From: Myxococcota bacterium
Lineage (GTDB): Bacteria; Myxococcota_A; UBA9160; JAFDDA01
NCBI GenBank assembly: GCA_965228475.1
Contig: OZ245817.1
Coordinates: forward strand, 608,001 to 672,000
Direction: 5' to 3'
Length of the DNA stretch: 64,000 nt
Shown here: one piece after another, positions 28,229-39,874 of the stretch
How positions within the stretch are numbered: the stretch's first letter is position 1
Layout: each line of letters begins with the position of its first letter
Notes under the pieces: generated by a model
What the model saw: the letters and a program-made list of their open reading frames with translations, nothing else
Told to the model about the DNA's origin: nothing
The model's database searches: none
Made by a program: the position numbers and the translations under genes

Positions 28229-28257
28229 GAGGACGACTCATCGGGCTGAGAGGACGA
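28216..28257. repeat. 21-bp exact tandem duplication at convergent gene ends
   Basis: CTCATCGGGCTGAGAGGACGA x2. Confidence 0.95.
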
Positions 28258-29452
28258 CCGGGAGATCGACCCAGCCGTTCATCAGGCTCGAGGGCAGGGC
28301 GACGGCCTCGCCGGCCGGCTCGACGTGGGGCAGGTGGGGGAGCAGCTCCTCGAACAGCACGCGGGCCTCGAGCCGCGCGAGGGAAGCGCCGAGGCAGAGG
28401 TGTTCGCCGAAGCCGAAGGCCAGGTGCTGGCGCGCCGTCGGCCGGTCGATGTGGAACTCCGCGGCGTCGGCGCCGAAGACCTCCTCGTCGCGATTCGCCG
28501 AGGCGTAGAACATCGCCACCCAGTCGCCTTCGCGGATCGTCCGCCCGCGCAGTTCGACGTCGCGCGTGGCGTTGCGGCAGAAGTTCCGCACCGGGCTCAC
28601 CAGGCGCAGCATCTCTTCGATGGCGTTCGGCAGGAGCTCCGGTTCGCGCACGAGCCGGGCGAGCTGGTCCGGGTGCTCGAGTAGGAGCTGCGTGCCCCCC
28701 GAGATGAGGTTCCGCGTGGTCTCGTTCCCGGCGACGAGCAGCGTCACCAGGAACATCACCACCTCCGGGTCCGAGAGGCGGTCGCCGTCGACCTCCGCGG
28801 TGACGAGCCGGGAGAGCACGTCCTCGCGTGGCTCCTTCCTGCACTCGGTCACCCGCTCCCCGAGGTAGCCGAAGAGCTCGGTGAACGCGCGCGTGGTGTC
28901 TTCGTCGAAGATGCCGGCTCCTGCCCGGATGATCTGATCCGACCAGCGCCGGAAGTCGTCGCGGTCTTCCGACGGGACGCCGAGCATCTCCGCGATCACG
29001 AACATCGGGAGCGGGATGGAGACGGCGTCCACGAAGTTGATGCGTTCGCCGCGGGGCACGGCGGCCAGCGACTCGCGCGCGATCTCCCGGATGCGACCCT
29101 CGAGGGCGGCCGTCGCGCGCGGGGTGAAGGCGCCGATGGCGAGCTTGCGGTGCCGGTTGTGCTCGGGCGGGTCCATCATGATGATGTTCGGCGCCACCCG
29201 GTTCCAATCGATCGGCGCCGCGTCGGCGAGGCGCCGGTTCTCGTGGTCGAGGGCGATCTGGAAGATCTGCGAGCCTCGCGAGGAACAGAAATCCCGCGGC
29301 CGGCGCGAGATCTCCTGGACGTCGGCGTGGCGCGTGATGCACCAGAAGCGTCCGGCTTCGTACCAATGGACGGGGTCCTGCCTCCGCAACTCCGCAAAGG
29401 CGGCGTCGGGATCTTCGGTGTAGAAGTCGGCGGTCTCGGGAGCGAAGCTCAT
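28238..29452 (-). CDS. cytochrome P450
   Basis: MDPPEH, AGNETT, EEMLR, HLAFGFGEHLCLG. Confidence 0.95.
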   Translation of the reverse strand: MSFAPETADFYTEDPDAAFAELRRQDPVHWYEAGRFWCITRHADVQEISRRPRDFCSSRGSQIFQIALDHENRRLADAAPIDWNRVAPNIIMMDPPEHNRHRKLAIGAFTPRATAALEGRIREIARESLAAVPRGERINFVDAVSIPLPMFVIAEMLGVPSEDRDDFRRWSDQIIRAGAGIFDEDTTRAFTELFGYLGERVTECRKEPREDVLSRLVTAEVDGDRLSDPEVVMFLVTLLVAGNETTRNLISGGTQLLLEHPDQLARLVREPELLPNAIEEMLRLVSPVRNFCRNATRDVELRGRTIREGDWVAMFYASANRDEEVFGADAAEFHIDRPTARQHLAFGFGEHLCLGASLARLEARVLFEELLPHLPHVEPAGEAVALPSSLMNGWVDLPVVLSAR

Positions 29453-29565
29453 GGAGTCATCTCGGTTCCGGGCGTGAAGCCGTTCCTGCTCGTGCGTCCG
29501 ATTCTGTCGCAGTCCCATTCTACGGTGTCGCTCTCGTGCTTCCCATTCGCGTAGAGTCTGCGCCG

Positions 29566-31794
29566 ATGATGCCGAGCTCCGCCCGCAGCCGTGGTTCGAT
29601 CCCGTTCGTGTGCCTGCTCCTGACGTTCTGCGGACCTGCGGTTCCGGCCCTCGCGGAACCCCCGGCATCCGAGCCGGGGAATCCCGACGGCGACGGCTTC
29701 GTCTTCGAGGACGCCTTCGCCGTTCCCTTCGAGATCCGCCCGCGGACGGTGACCGCGCCCCGGCGCGAGGCGCCCGAGGAGCGGACGCCGATCTCGATCG
29801 GCGTGTTTTCCGAGGAGGACCTCGAGGACGCCGGCGCGACGGACACGCGCGACCTCCAGCGGATCGAACCGAGCGTCCACTTCAAGACCAATACCGTGCT
29901 CGGGCAGCCCTCGATCCGCGGCGTCGGAAGCGACCTGATCAGCGTCGGCGCAGACCCGAGCGTCGCGACGTTCGTCGACGACGTCGTCCGCACCCGTCCG
30001 GCCGCCGCCATCCAGGACCTCTTCGACGTCGACCGCGTCGAGGTCGTGAAGGGGCCGCTCGGAACGCTCTTCGGGCGCAACGCCACCGGCGGCGCCATCC
30101 GCATCTTCAGCAAGCGGCCCGGGCCCGAGCGCGAACTCTCGACCCGGATCACACTCGGGAACTACGACACGCTGCGCGTGCAAGGGGCGCTGAACCTGCC
30201 CTTTCTCGAAGACGCGCTCCGCCTGCGCATCTCCGGCCTCTGGGCCGAGCGCGACGGCTACAGCCGCAACTTCTTCCGCCGTGATCCGCTCGACGACGAG
30301 CGCCTCGGCTCGACCCGCGTGCAGCTCCTCGCCCGCCCGAGCGAGACGCTCGAGTTCCTCCTGCGTGGCGAGCACTCGCGTCAGCGGGACAGCCGCGGGC
30401 TCGCGAACGACCCGGACCCGCGCTGCTGCGTGAACGGAGGCATCCTGGCGGGTGGCCTCCTCGACGCGGACGTCCGCCGTCTCGCCCAGGACGAGGACAC
30501 CCACGCGGAGGTCGAGCGGTGGGGGACGAGCCTGCACGCACGCTGGGACGTCACGCCGACGCTGCGATTGACGTCGACGAGCGCCTTCCAGCACGACGAC
30601 TTCCGTGAAGTGCTCGACCTCGACGGCACGAGCGCACCCTTCGCGAGCAACCGCGTGAGCGAGGCCTCCCGAACCACGACCCAGGAGCTCCAGCTCACCT
30701 ACCGCGGCGAGGGCCGATTCTCCGGGCTCCTCGGGCTCTACTACCTGCACGAGGATGCGGCCCAGCGGCTGAACGTCTCGCTCGGGCTCGCGGGGACCCT
30801 CCATCAGCCGGGCGGAACCGCCCGGAGCGAGTCGGCTTCGATCTTCGGGGAGGGGCGCATCGAGCTCCTCCCGAGCCTCGCCCTGACCGCGGGCGTGCGT
30901 CTCTCCCGCGAATGGCGGAGCCTGCGCTTCGCCCAGCGCACGACGACCCCCGCGGCGACGGTGGACGTCGCCTCCCGCCAGCGCGAGCGCTGGAGCGTCT
31001 ACACCCCGCGCGCCGTGCTCGAGTTCACCCCGAACGACGACCTGCTCCTCTACCTGTCCGTCGCGCGCGGGTTCAAGGCCGGCGGCTTCAACAGCAACGC
31101 GCTGCAATCCTCCTTCGACCCGGAGTTTCTCTGGTCCTACGAGGCGGGCTTCAAGGTGGCCCTGGCGGACGCGCGCGTGCGGCTCGCGACGACGGCCTTC
31201 TACTACGACTACGACGACCTCCAGATCCTGACGCTCGCGCCCGGTGCTCCCGTCGGCGCGTTTCCCGTGATCGAGAACGCGGCGGCAGCGACGCTCTACG
31301 GTGTCGAGACCGAGCTCCGCGTGCGCCCCCGGGCCGGGCTCGACTTCCGCGGAAGCGTCGCCTTCCTGCAGGCCCACTACGACTCGTTCGACAGCGTCGA
31401 TCCGAACAACCCGACGGACGACCCGCGCCGCGACGGGGACCGCCTGCCCCAGGCGCCCAAGGCCAGCGGCTTCCTCGGCGTGACCTGGCGCCTTCCGCTG
31501 CCCCTCCCGAAACGCTTCGGCACCGTCGAGGCCCACGCGAACTGGTCGTTTCGCACGGAGGTCTACTACAACGCCTTCCAGGATCGCTTCGCACGCGAGG
31601 GCGCCTACGACGTCGCCGGGGCGCACCTGCGCTGGCGCGGGCCCGAGGGCCGCTTCGCCGTGACCCTCTTCGGCCGCAACCTCGGCGACGAGACCTACGC
31701 GACCACCGTCGTGCGCCAGGACCCGCTGGTGGGTTCGCTGCGCACGTTCGGAGCGCCGCGCACCTTCGGCGTGGAGATGGACGTCGGCCTCTAG
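29566..31794 (+). CDS. TonB-dependent receptor
   Basis: Signal peptide; TVTAPRRE, RVEVVKGPLGTLFGRNATGG plug motif, RGFKAGGFN, PRTFG. Confidence 0.93.
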   Translation: MMPSSARSRGSIPFVCLLLTFCGPAVPALAEPPASEPGNPDGDGFVFEDAFAVPFEIRPRTVTAPRREAPEERTPISIGVFSEEDLEDAGATDTRDLQRIEPSVHFKTNTVLGQPSIRGVGSDLISVGADPSVATFVDDVVRTRPAAAIQDLFDVDRVEVVKGPLGTLFGRNATGGAIRIFSKRPGPERELSTRITLGNYDTLRVQGALNLPFLEDALRLRISGLWAERDGYSRNFFRRDPLDDERLGSTRVQLLARPSETLEFLLRGEHSRQRDSRGLANDPDPRCCVNGGILAGGLLDADVRRLAQDEDTHAEVERWGTSLHARWDVTPTLRLTSTSAFQHDDFREVLDLDGTSAPFASNRVSEASRTTTQELQLTYRGEGRFSGLLGLYYLHEDAAQRLNVSLGLAGTLHQPGGTARSESASIFGEGRIELLPSLALTAGVRLSREWRSLRFAQRTTTPAATVDVASRQRERWSVYTPRAVLEFTPNDDLLLYLSVARGFKAGGFNSNALQSSFDPEFLWSYEAGFKVALADARVRLATTAFYYDYDDLQILTLAPGAPVGAFPVIENAAAATLYGVETELRVRPRAGLDFRGSVAFLQAHYDSFDSVDPNNPTDDPRRDGDRLPQAPKASGFLGVTWRLPLPLPKRFGTVEAHANWSFRTEVYYNAFQDRFAREGAYDVAGAHLRWRGPEGRFAVTLFGRNLGDETYATTVVRQDPLVGSLRTFGAPRTFGVEMDVGL

Positions 31795-31808
31795 AAGAGG
31801 CGGCGGGG

Positions 31809-32975
31809 CTACTCGCCTTCGCTGCGCCGCAGGGTGGCGGCGCTCGAGCCGACCAGCGCGACCAGTTCTCCCTGGCGGCGCGTGTTCGTCTTGGCGAAGA
31901 CGCGCTTGAGCAGGGAGCGCCCGGTCTCGAGGGAGCGTTCGGTCCGCTCCGCGTACTCCGCGAGGGACATGCCCCGGCCGATCGCGACCGCCAGCCGGGC
32001 TTCCGCCGGTGTCAGGTCGTAGAGGCCCGCCAGGACGTCGGGCTCGGCCCGGGGGCGCTCCGCGGGGTCCGTGATGAAGACGAGCGCGTGGACCGCGGCG
32101 CTGCGCGGGTCGCTGAAGGCGACCCGCCGCCGCACCGGCGCGCACAGGAGCTGGTAGGCGGGCGCTCCCGAGGGCCGCGCGACCGCGACGGCCGGGACGT
32201 CCGGGCTTCCGGCAATCGCCCGCGCGAGGGCCTCGCGGAGCCTCCGGGCCGCCGCCGGGTGGGCCGCCTGGAGCTCGCCGTGCTCCGTGCCGAGCCCGTC
32301 GCCGGTGCGCAGGATCTCGTCGGCGCGCCGGTTGCTCGAGACCACGTTGCCGAGGGCGCCAACGAGCAGCAGGCCCGCCTCGGTCCGGTCGAGCGCGTCG
32401 AGGAACGCCTCGCGGTCTTCCTCGGTGCGCTTGAGCAGCGCGAGGGTCCGGGCGGCGCGGATGATGTGCCGGTCGAAGATCTCGATCAGGCGCATGTGCC
32501 GCGGCGTGAAGTCGCCCGAGCGCGCCGTCGGGTAGAAGGCCGTCCCGCCCGCCGGGCCCCGGGCATCGCCGAAGTGGAAGCTCCCGACCGCGCCCACACG
32601 GAGCCCCTGCGGGCGCATCCACTCTTCGTAGAAGCCGGTGCGCTGCACGACGGCGTCGCTCACGTGGTGGCGCGTGTCGATCAGCTTGCCCGGGTTCTCG
32701 AGGGCGATGTGGGGGTAGGGGTTCTGGGGGACCCAGTAGTCGGGCCGGGCCAGGTAGTCGGCGGCGAAGGATTCGTCGAAGCCCGCACCCACGTGGATCG
32801 GCTGGGGTGCCGTGACGTCGTCGTTGCCGGCGGCGACGGCCACCCCAGCACCGTCGAGCGCCTCGGACACGCCTTCGAGGGCCACCGGCCAGCACTCGGC
32901 GTCGGTCGCCGCAGCGTGGATTCCGTCGATCAGCGTGAGGACGCGAGCCTCGTCGAGTCGCTCCGTCTGGGCCAC
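31809..32975 (-). CDS. LuxR-type HTH regulator with PAS-like domain
   Basis: C-terminal LYDLTPAEARLA...LKRVFAKTNTRRQGELV. Confidence 0.88.
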   Translation of the reverse strand: MAQTERLDEARVLTLIDGIHAAATDAECWPVALEGVSEALDGAGVAVAAGNDDVTAPQPIHVGAGFDESFAADYLARPDYWVPQNPYPHIALENPGKLIDTRHHVSDAVVQRTGFYEEWMRPQGLRVGAVGSFHFGDARGPAGGTAFYPTARSGDFTPRHMRLIEIFDRHIIRAARTLALLKRTEEDREAFLDALDRTEAGLLLVGALGNVVSSNRRADEILRTGDGLGTEHGELQAAHPAAARRLREALARAIAGSPDVPAVAVARPSGAPAYQLLCAPVRRRVAFSDPRSAAVHALVFITDPAERPRAEPDVLAGLYDLTPAEARLAVAIGRGMSLAEYAERTERSLETGRSLLKRVFAKTNTRRQGELVALVGSSAATLRRSEGE

Positions 32976-33036
32976 GCACCAGACGTAGAGCAGCGGGCGG
33001 GAGCCCGACTACTCCCATCTGGGGGGAGAGCCCCGG

Positions 33037-33837
33037 CTAGTCGCCCTTGGATGCCCGCAGGGGGCGGAAGTCCGGTTCGCGTTTTTCGATGAAGGCCGCG
33101 ATCGCCTCGCGGTTCTCGGGGGAGCCGGCCTGCTCCATCATGGCGGCGTCCTCCACCTGGAAGGCGCGCTGGATGGCGTCGCCGTGGGCGGCGAGCAGGG
33201 TCCGCTTCGTGGCCTGGAGCGCCGAGACCGGCCAGCGGGCCATCTCGCGGGCCTTGCCGAGGGTGGCCTCGAGCAGCGCGTCGTCCGGAAGCGCGCGGGC
33301 GGCGATCCCGGTCTCGACGGCGCGCGCGGCGTCGATCCACTCCGCCGTGTAGAAAAGCTCCGCCGCGCGCTGGTTTCCGATCACGCGCGCGAGCAGGTAG
33401 CTGCTGGCGCCTTCCGGGACGAGCCCGAGGGAAACGAAGGGCAGGCGCAGGCGCACGCTCTCGCCGACGTAGACGACGTCGCAGTGGAAGAGGAAGGTCG
33501 CCCCGATCCCGACGCCGACCCCCTTGGCCGCGGCCAGCAGCGGCTTGTCGAAGGCGGCCAGGGCCTCCATGCAGCCGAAGTAGCCGCTGGGCTTGCCGTC
33601 GGCCCGGGGTTCGCCCGGGGAGCCGAAGGCCGAGAGGTCCTGCCCGGCGGAGAAGTCGCCGCCGGCGCCCGTCACGACCACCACGGCGGTGCGCGGATCC
33701 TCGCGCGCCTCGCGCAGCGCGTCGGCGAGGCCGTCCCACTGGGGGTCGTTGAAGGCGTTCTTGCGGCGGGGGCGGTTCAGGGTCAGGAGGAGGACGCCCT
33801 CCTCGTCGAGTTCCTTCAGAATCGGCGCGTCGCTCAT
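33037..33837 (-). CDS. enoyl-CoA hydratase/isomerase
   Basis: LNRPRRKNA, FSAGQDL, GVGVGIGAT, LGLVPEGASS. Confidence 0.92.
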   Translation of the reverse strand: MSDAPILKELDEEGVLLLTLNRPRRKNAFNDPQWDGLADALREAREDPRTAVVVVTGAGGDFSAGQDLSAFGSPGEPRADGKPSGYFGCMEALAAFDKPLLAAAKGVGVGIGATFLFHCDVVYVGESVRLRLPFVSLGLVPEGASSYLLARVIGNQRAAELFYTAEWIDAARAVETGIAARALPDDALLEATLGKAREMARWPVSALQATKRTLLAAHGDAIQRAFQVEDAAMMEQAGSPENREAIAAFIEKREPDFRPLRASKGD

Positions 33838-34023
33838 GGGCGTGTGGTCTCCTCGGGAACCCGTTCCGGCGCGAGCTTAGCGGCGCACGGGGCCGGCGCC
33901 GCCGCCGGTGCGGCCCCGTGATCCCTTACATCAATGATTTCAATGGCTTATGAAACCGATCTGCGGATCAATCGCCGGTCCGCCCGTGGAACCCGATTTC
34001 GAGGGACTCTGTAACCCCCTGAT

Positions 34024-34071
34024 ACACAACCACTTGTGCCTGTCCGGTCAAGGAGCCCCCACATTTTGTGG
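34024..34071. promoter_or_regulatory. tandem NrdR boxes
   Basis: ACACAACCACTTGTGC (34024-39) and CCCCCACATTTTGTGG (34056-71), starts 32 bp apart, resembling acaCwAtATaTwGtgt and lying upstream of nrdJ. Confidence 0.75.
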
Positions 34072-34079
34072 AAAATTCG

Positions 34080-34108
34080 TTGACGGCTCCCGGGCACCGG
34101 AGTAAACC
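34080..34108 (+). promoter_or_regulatory. putative sigma70 promoter of nrdJ
   Basis: TTGACG-17 nt-TAAACC just downstream of the NrdR boxes. Confidence 0.55.
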
Positions 34109-34320
34109 CATTCTCGGGATGCGACAGTCCTGAAGAGGCCTGGGGGGGTTCTTAGGCGGTCTCTTCAAGGACGGCGAGCTGGGAAGGGATGGAGGACCCG
34201 ACCCGGTTCGGGGGCGCCGGATGGTTCTTTTCGGCGCCTCTCGCACCCCCCTTTTTGGCAAGGAGCCAATATCGCCGGCTTCACCGGCGTCAAACAGCAC
34301 CGTGGTCGGCCGCAGGGCGC

Positions 34321-34355
34321 AAGCTCAAAGCGCAAAGCGCAAAGCTCAAAGCGGC
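34321..34355. repeat. 7-bp tandem repeat AAGCKCA, ~5 copies
   Basis: aagctca aagcgca aagcgca aagctca aagcggc. Confidence 0.85.
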
Positions 34356-34477
34356 ATGGGAGATTCGGCAACAGGCGCTTTCGCAATCGAGAGCGCACCG
34401 GCACAGGCGTCGCTGCAGAACGACCACGGGCGCGACCAACGGATCAGCAAGAGCGAGAATCAGCGGGGGATTTCAGC

Positions 34478-37249
<2,772 letters not shown>

Positions 37250-37272
37250 ACGCAGCGCACAGCCGAGGTTCC

Positions 37273-37369
37273 GGTCTCTTCACGGGGGTGAGAGACCACG
37301 GCACGCGGGGTCTCGAGTCCTTGTTACCGTTGGGGGGAACGGAGGGCTCGATGCCCCGCGTTCCTGTTT
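37273..37369 (+). terminator. two hairpins after nrdJ, probable terminator
   Basis: GGTCTC..GAGACC (37273-97); nested ACGCGGGG/CCCCGCGT, TCGAGTCCT/AGGGCTCGA, CCGTT/AACGG (37303-61), then TCCTGTTT. Confidence 0.55.
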
Positions 37370-37391
37370 GGCCCCCGCTGCAAGGGATTCG

Positions 37392-37706
37392 ATGAAGCCC
37401 CGTCACCTCGCATGCCTCGTTCTGCTCCCGTTGGCGGCCGCCTGCTCCTCGGGTGAGGTGCCTCCGGCCGAGGGAGGGGAGGCCCCGCCGAGCTACGTCG
37501 AGTGCGTCGTGCCCCGCCCCCAGGTCTGCCAGAAGACCTACCTTCCGGTCTGTGGGCTGCGGGACACCGGCGTCCGCTGCGTGACGACGCCGTGCCCGTC
37601 GTGGGAGACGAAGACCTACGCCAACGCGTGCGACGCCTGCGCGGACCCGGCCGTCTACGGCTGGAGGCCCGGCGAGTGCGAGACCGAGGGCGTGGTCGAG
37701 GGCTGA
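37392..37706 (+). CDS. Cys-rich Kazal-like lipoprotein
   Basis: Lipobox LAAAC; CQKTYLPVCG...TYANACDAC...GEC. Confidence 0.75.
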   Translation: MKPRHLACLVLLPLAAACSSGEVPPAEGGEAPPSYVECVVPRPQVCQKTYLPVCGLRDTGVRCVTTPCPSWETKTYANACDACADPAVYGWRPGECETEGVVEG

Positions 37707-37775
37707 GACCCCCGCTGCCCCATTCTGGGCCCTCGGGCGCTCAAACCCTCCGGCCGTCGGACCGAAAAGGACCCC

Positions 37776-39482
37776 ATGAGACGGCTTCTTCTCCTCACTT
37801 TCTGCGTGGCGCTGGGCTTCGGCTGCAGCCCCACCCCCCGAGACCAACTCGACCGCATGGGCGTGCCCTTTTCGGTGAAGGCGATGATGTCCGCGGCCGA
37901 GGCCGGGGATCGTCACGTCGTGGGCCTGCTGCTCGAAGCCGGCATGACGCCGAACGGGACGGATGCCCGGCGGCGAACCGTGCTCGCGGCGGCCGCGGCC
38001 GGCGGCTCGCCCGAGGTGCTGGAGATGCTGCTCGCGGCCGGGGCCGACCCGAGCCGGGCCGACGAGGACGCGCGCACGCCCCTGATGGAGGCCGTCTCGG
38101 CGGGCCACGCCGAGGCCACCCGGGTGCTCCTGCGCGGCGGCGCGAACCCGCGCGCCGTCCGGGCCGACGGCATGACCGTCCTCATGCAGGCCGCCGTCCA
38201 TGGAAACCTCGAGGTGCTCGACGAACTCCTGCTGCGCGGACTCGAACTCGACGAGCGCGACCCCTTCGGGCGCACCGCCCTGCATCACGCCACCGCCGGG
38301 GGACATTCCGGTGTCGTCGGCCGACTGCTCGAGGAAGGCGCCTCGCCGAGCCTCCGCACGCGCGGAACCGGGGAGTTCGCTCTCGGGCTCGCCGCTGCCG
38401 CCGGCGACGCGAAGTCGCTGGCCCTGCTCGCCGCCGCCGGGGCCGACCTCGAACGCCGCGACTTCGAGAGCGAGGCGACCGCGCTGTGGATGGCTTCGGC
38501 CGCAGGCCACGCCGAAGCCGTCGCCGTGCTGCTCGAGAGTGGGGCCGACCCGACCGCGACGGATCGCAACGACGACCCGCCGCTGGTGGCCGCCGCGCGC
38601 GCCGGTCACACCGAGGCCATGGCGAGGCTGCTCGCCCACGGCGTCGACCCCGACGCGCCGGGCCAGCGCAGCGTCACCCCGCTCATGTTCGCGGCCGCGG
38701 AGGGGCACCTCGAAGCGGTGAGCCTCCTGCTCGAGAGCGGCGCGGACCCGTCCGTCGCCACCGAGGGCCGCTACTCCGCGCTCCGCGCTGCCCGCCGCGA
38801 GGGCCACGACGAGATCGCGATCAAGCTCGAAGCGGCCATCGAGCAGCGTCGGCGCGGGATCCCGGGCGCCCGTCGCTGGGCGCGCTTCGGCCGCTACGCC
38901 GACGCGTACCACACGCCGCCCGGGTGGAGCGCGATCGACCCGCTCACCAGCGATGCGCCGCTCGCCGAGGACTACTCGCTCCTCGGCGTCGACCCGGCCG
39001 AGGGCCTGCAGACGCGTCGCGCCCTGCTCGCCAGCGAGACCGGAGGGAGCCAGATCCTGCTCGTGCGCGGCGCCCGCGACGAATGGTCGGGCCGCCTCGC
39101 CGAAGGGGCCCGGCGGGCCGGACGCCGCGAGGTGCGGGGCGAGGGCCTGCGGACCGCGGACGGCGTCCCGATCGAGCTGCTCGCCCTCGAGCGTTCGGCG
39201 GCGGCGGGGGAGCCGGCCCGGCGCCACCTCCTGGCCATCATGGAGCTCCCGGACGAGGTGCTGATCGTGGACGCCGGCGGCCCTTCGGAGCGCTTCGACG
39301 CCACGCTGGTGGAAGACTTCCTGACCTCGCTGCGGGTCGAGCGCGGCGGCGACACCCTTCGCGCGGTGCGCGTCGATCCCGCGGAGCGTTCCGAGAGCGC
39401 TTCGCCGATCCCGCTTGCGACCGAGGCGGGTGCGCCCGCGGCCGAAGCGAGCCCGCCCGCGGCCCCCGCGGCGGTGCCGTGA
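37776..39482 (+). CDS. ankyrin repeat lipoprotein with unknown C-terminal domain
   Basis: Lipobox LGFGC; ~9-10 repeats of TPLMxAA..GH..V..LL..GADP. Confidence 0.9.
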   Translation: MRRLLLLTFCVALGFGCSPTPRDQLDRMGVPFSVKAMMSAAEAGDRHVVGLLLEAGMTPNGTDARRRTVLAAAAAGGSPEVLEMLLAAGADPSRADEDARTPLMEAVSAGHAEATRVLLRGGANPRAVRADGMTVLMQAAVHGNLEVLDELLLRGLELDERDPFGRTALHHATAGGHSGVVGRLLEEGASPSLRTRGTGEFALGLAAAAGDAKSLALLAAAGADLERRDFESEATALWMASAAGHAEAVAVLLESGADPTATDRNDDPPLVAAARAGHTEAMARLLAHGVDPDAPGQRSVTPLMFAAAEGHLEAVSLLLESGADPSVATEGRYSALRAARREGHDEIAIKLEAAIEQRRRGIPGARRWARFGRYADAYHTPPGWSAIDPLTSDAPLAEDYSLLGVDPAEGLQTRRALLASETGGSQILLVRGARDEWSGRLAEGARRAGRREVRGEGLRTADGVPIELLALERSAAAGEPARRHLLAIMELPDEVLIVDAGGPSERFDATLVEDFLTSLRVERGGDTLRAVRVDPAERSESASPIPLATEAGAPAAEASPPAAPAAVP

Positions 39483-39838
39483 GCCCGCCGGGCCTGCTCG
39501 AGATCGCCTTCGCGCTCTGCGCGGGAACCCTGCTCCTGATGATCGCTCCGGGCTTCTGGCTCTATCGCGGCGTGCTGAAGGACCTGCGCGAGAGGCACCC
39601 CGCGGCCTGGGCGGAGCTCGGCAGCCCGACGGTCGTCTACTACTCGTCCCAGGAGGCCCGGCGCGCGCTCGGCCGCTTTCTCTCGGGCGAAGAGGCGGTG
39701 GCCGCCCTCGGCGACGCCGAGTTCTCGCGGAGCGTCCGCCGCTACCAGGGCTACCTGCGCGTCTACGGCGCGGTCTTCGTCGGGCTGTGGATCTTGTTCG
39801 CGGCGATCGTCGCGAGCCGCCTGCTCGCCTCGCACTAG
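39479..39838 (+). CDS. small two-TM membrane protein
   Basis: GTGA overlap with the ankyrin gene; two hydrophobic segments around LRERHPAAWAELGSP. Confidence 0.7.
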   Translation: MSPPGLLEIAFALCAGTLLLMIAPGFWLYRGVLKDLRERHPAAWAELGSPTVVYYSSQEARRALGRFLSGEEAVAALGDAEFSRSVRRYQGYLRVYGAVFVGLWILFAAIVASRLLASH

Positions 39839-39844
39839 AACGCC

Positions 39845-39874
39845 GCTCGGGCTCGGGCTCGGGCTCGAGCTGGG
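39845..39874. repeat. GCTCGG hexamer tandem repeat between convergent genes
   Basis: gctcgg x3, gctcga, gctggg. Confidence 0.75.

Noticed and set aside
34110..34477. Cobalamin riboswitch call
   Set aside because: No recognisable B12-box consensus by eye; kept only as an unassigned structured leader
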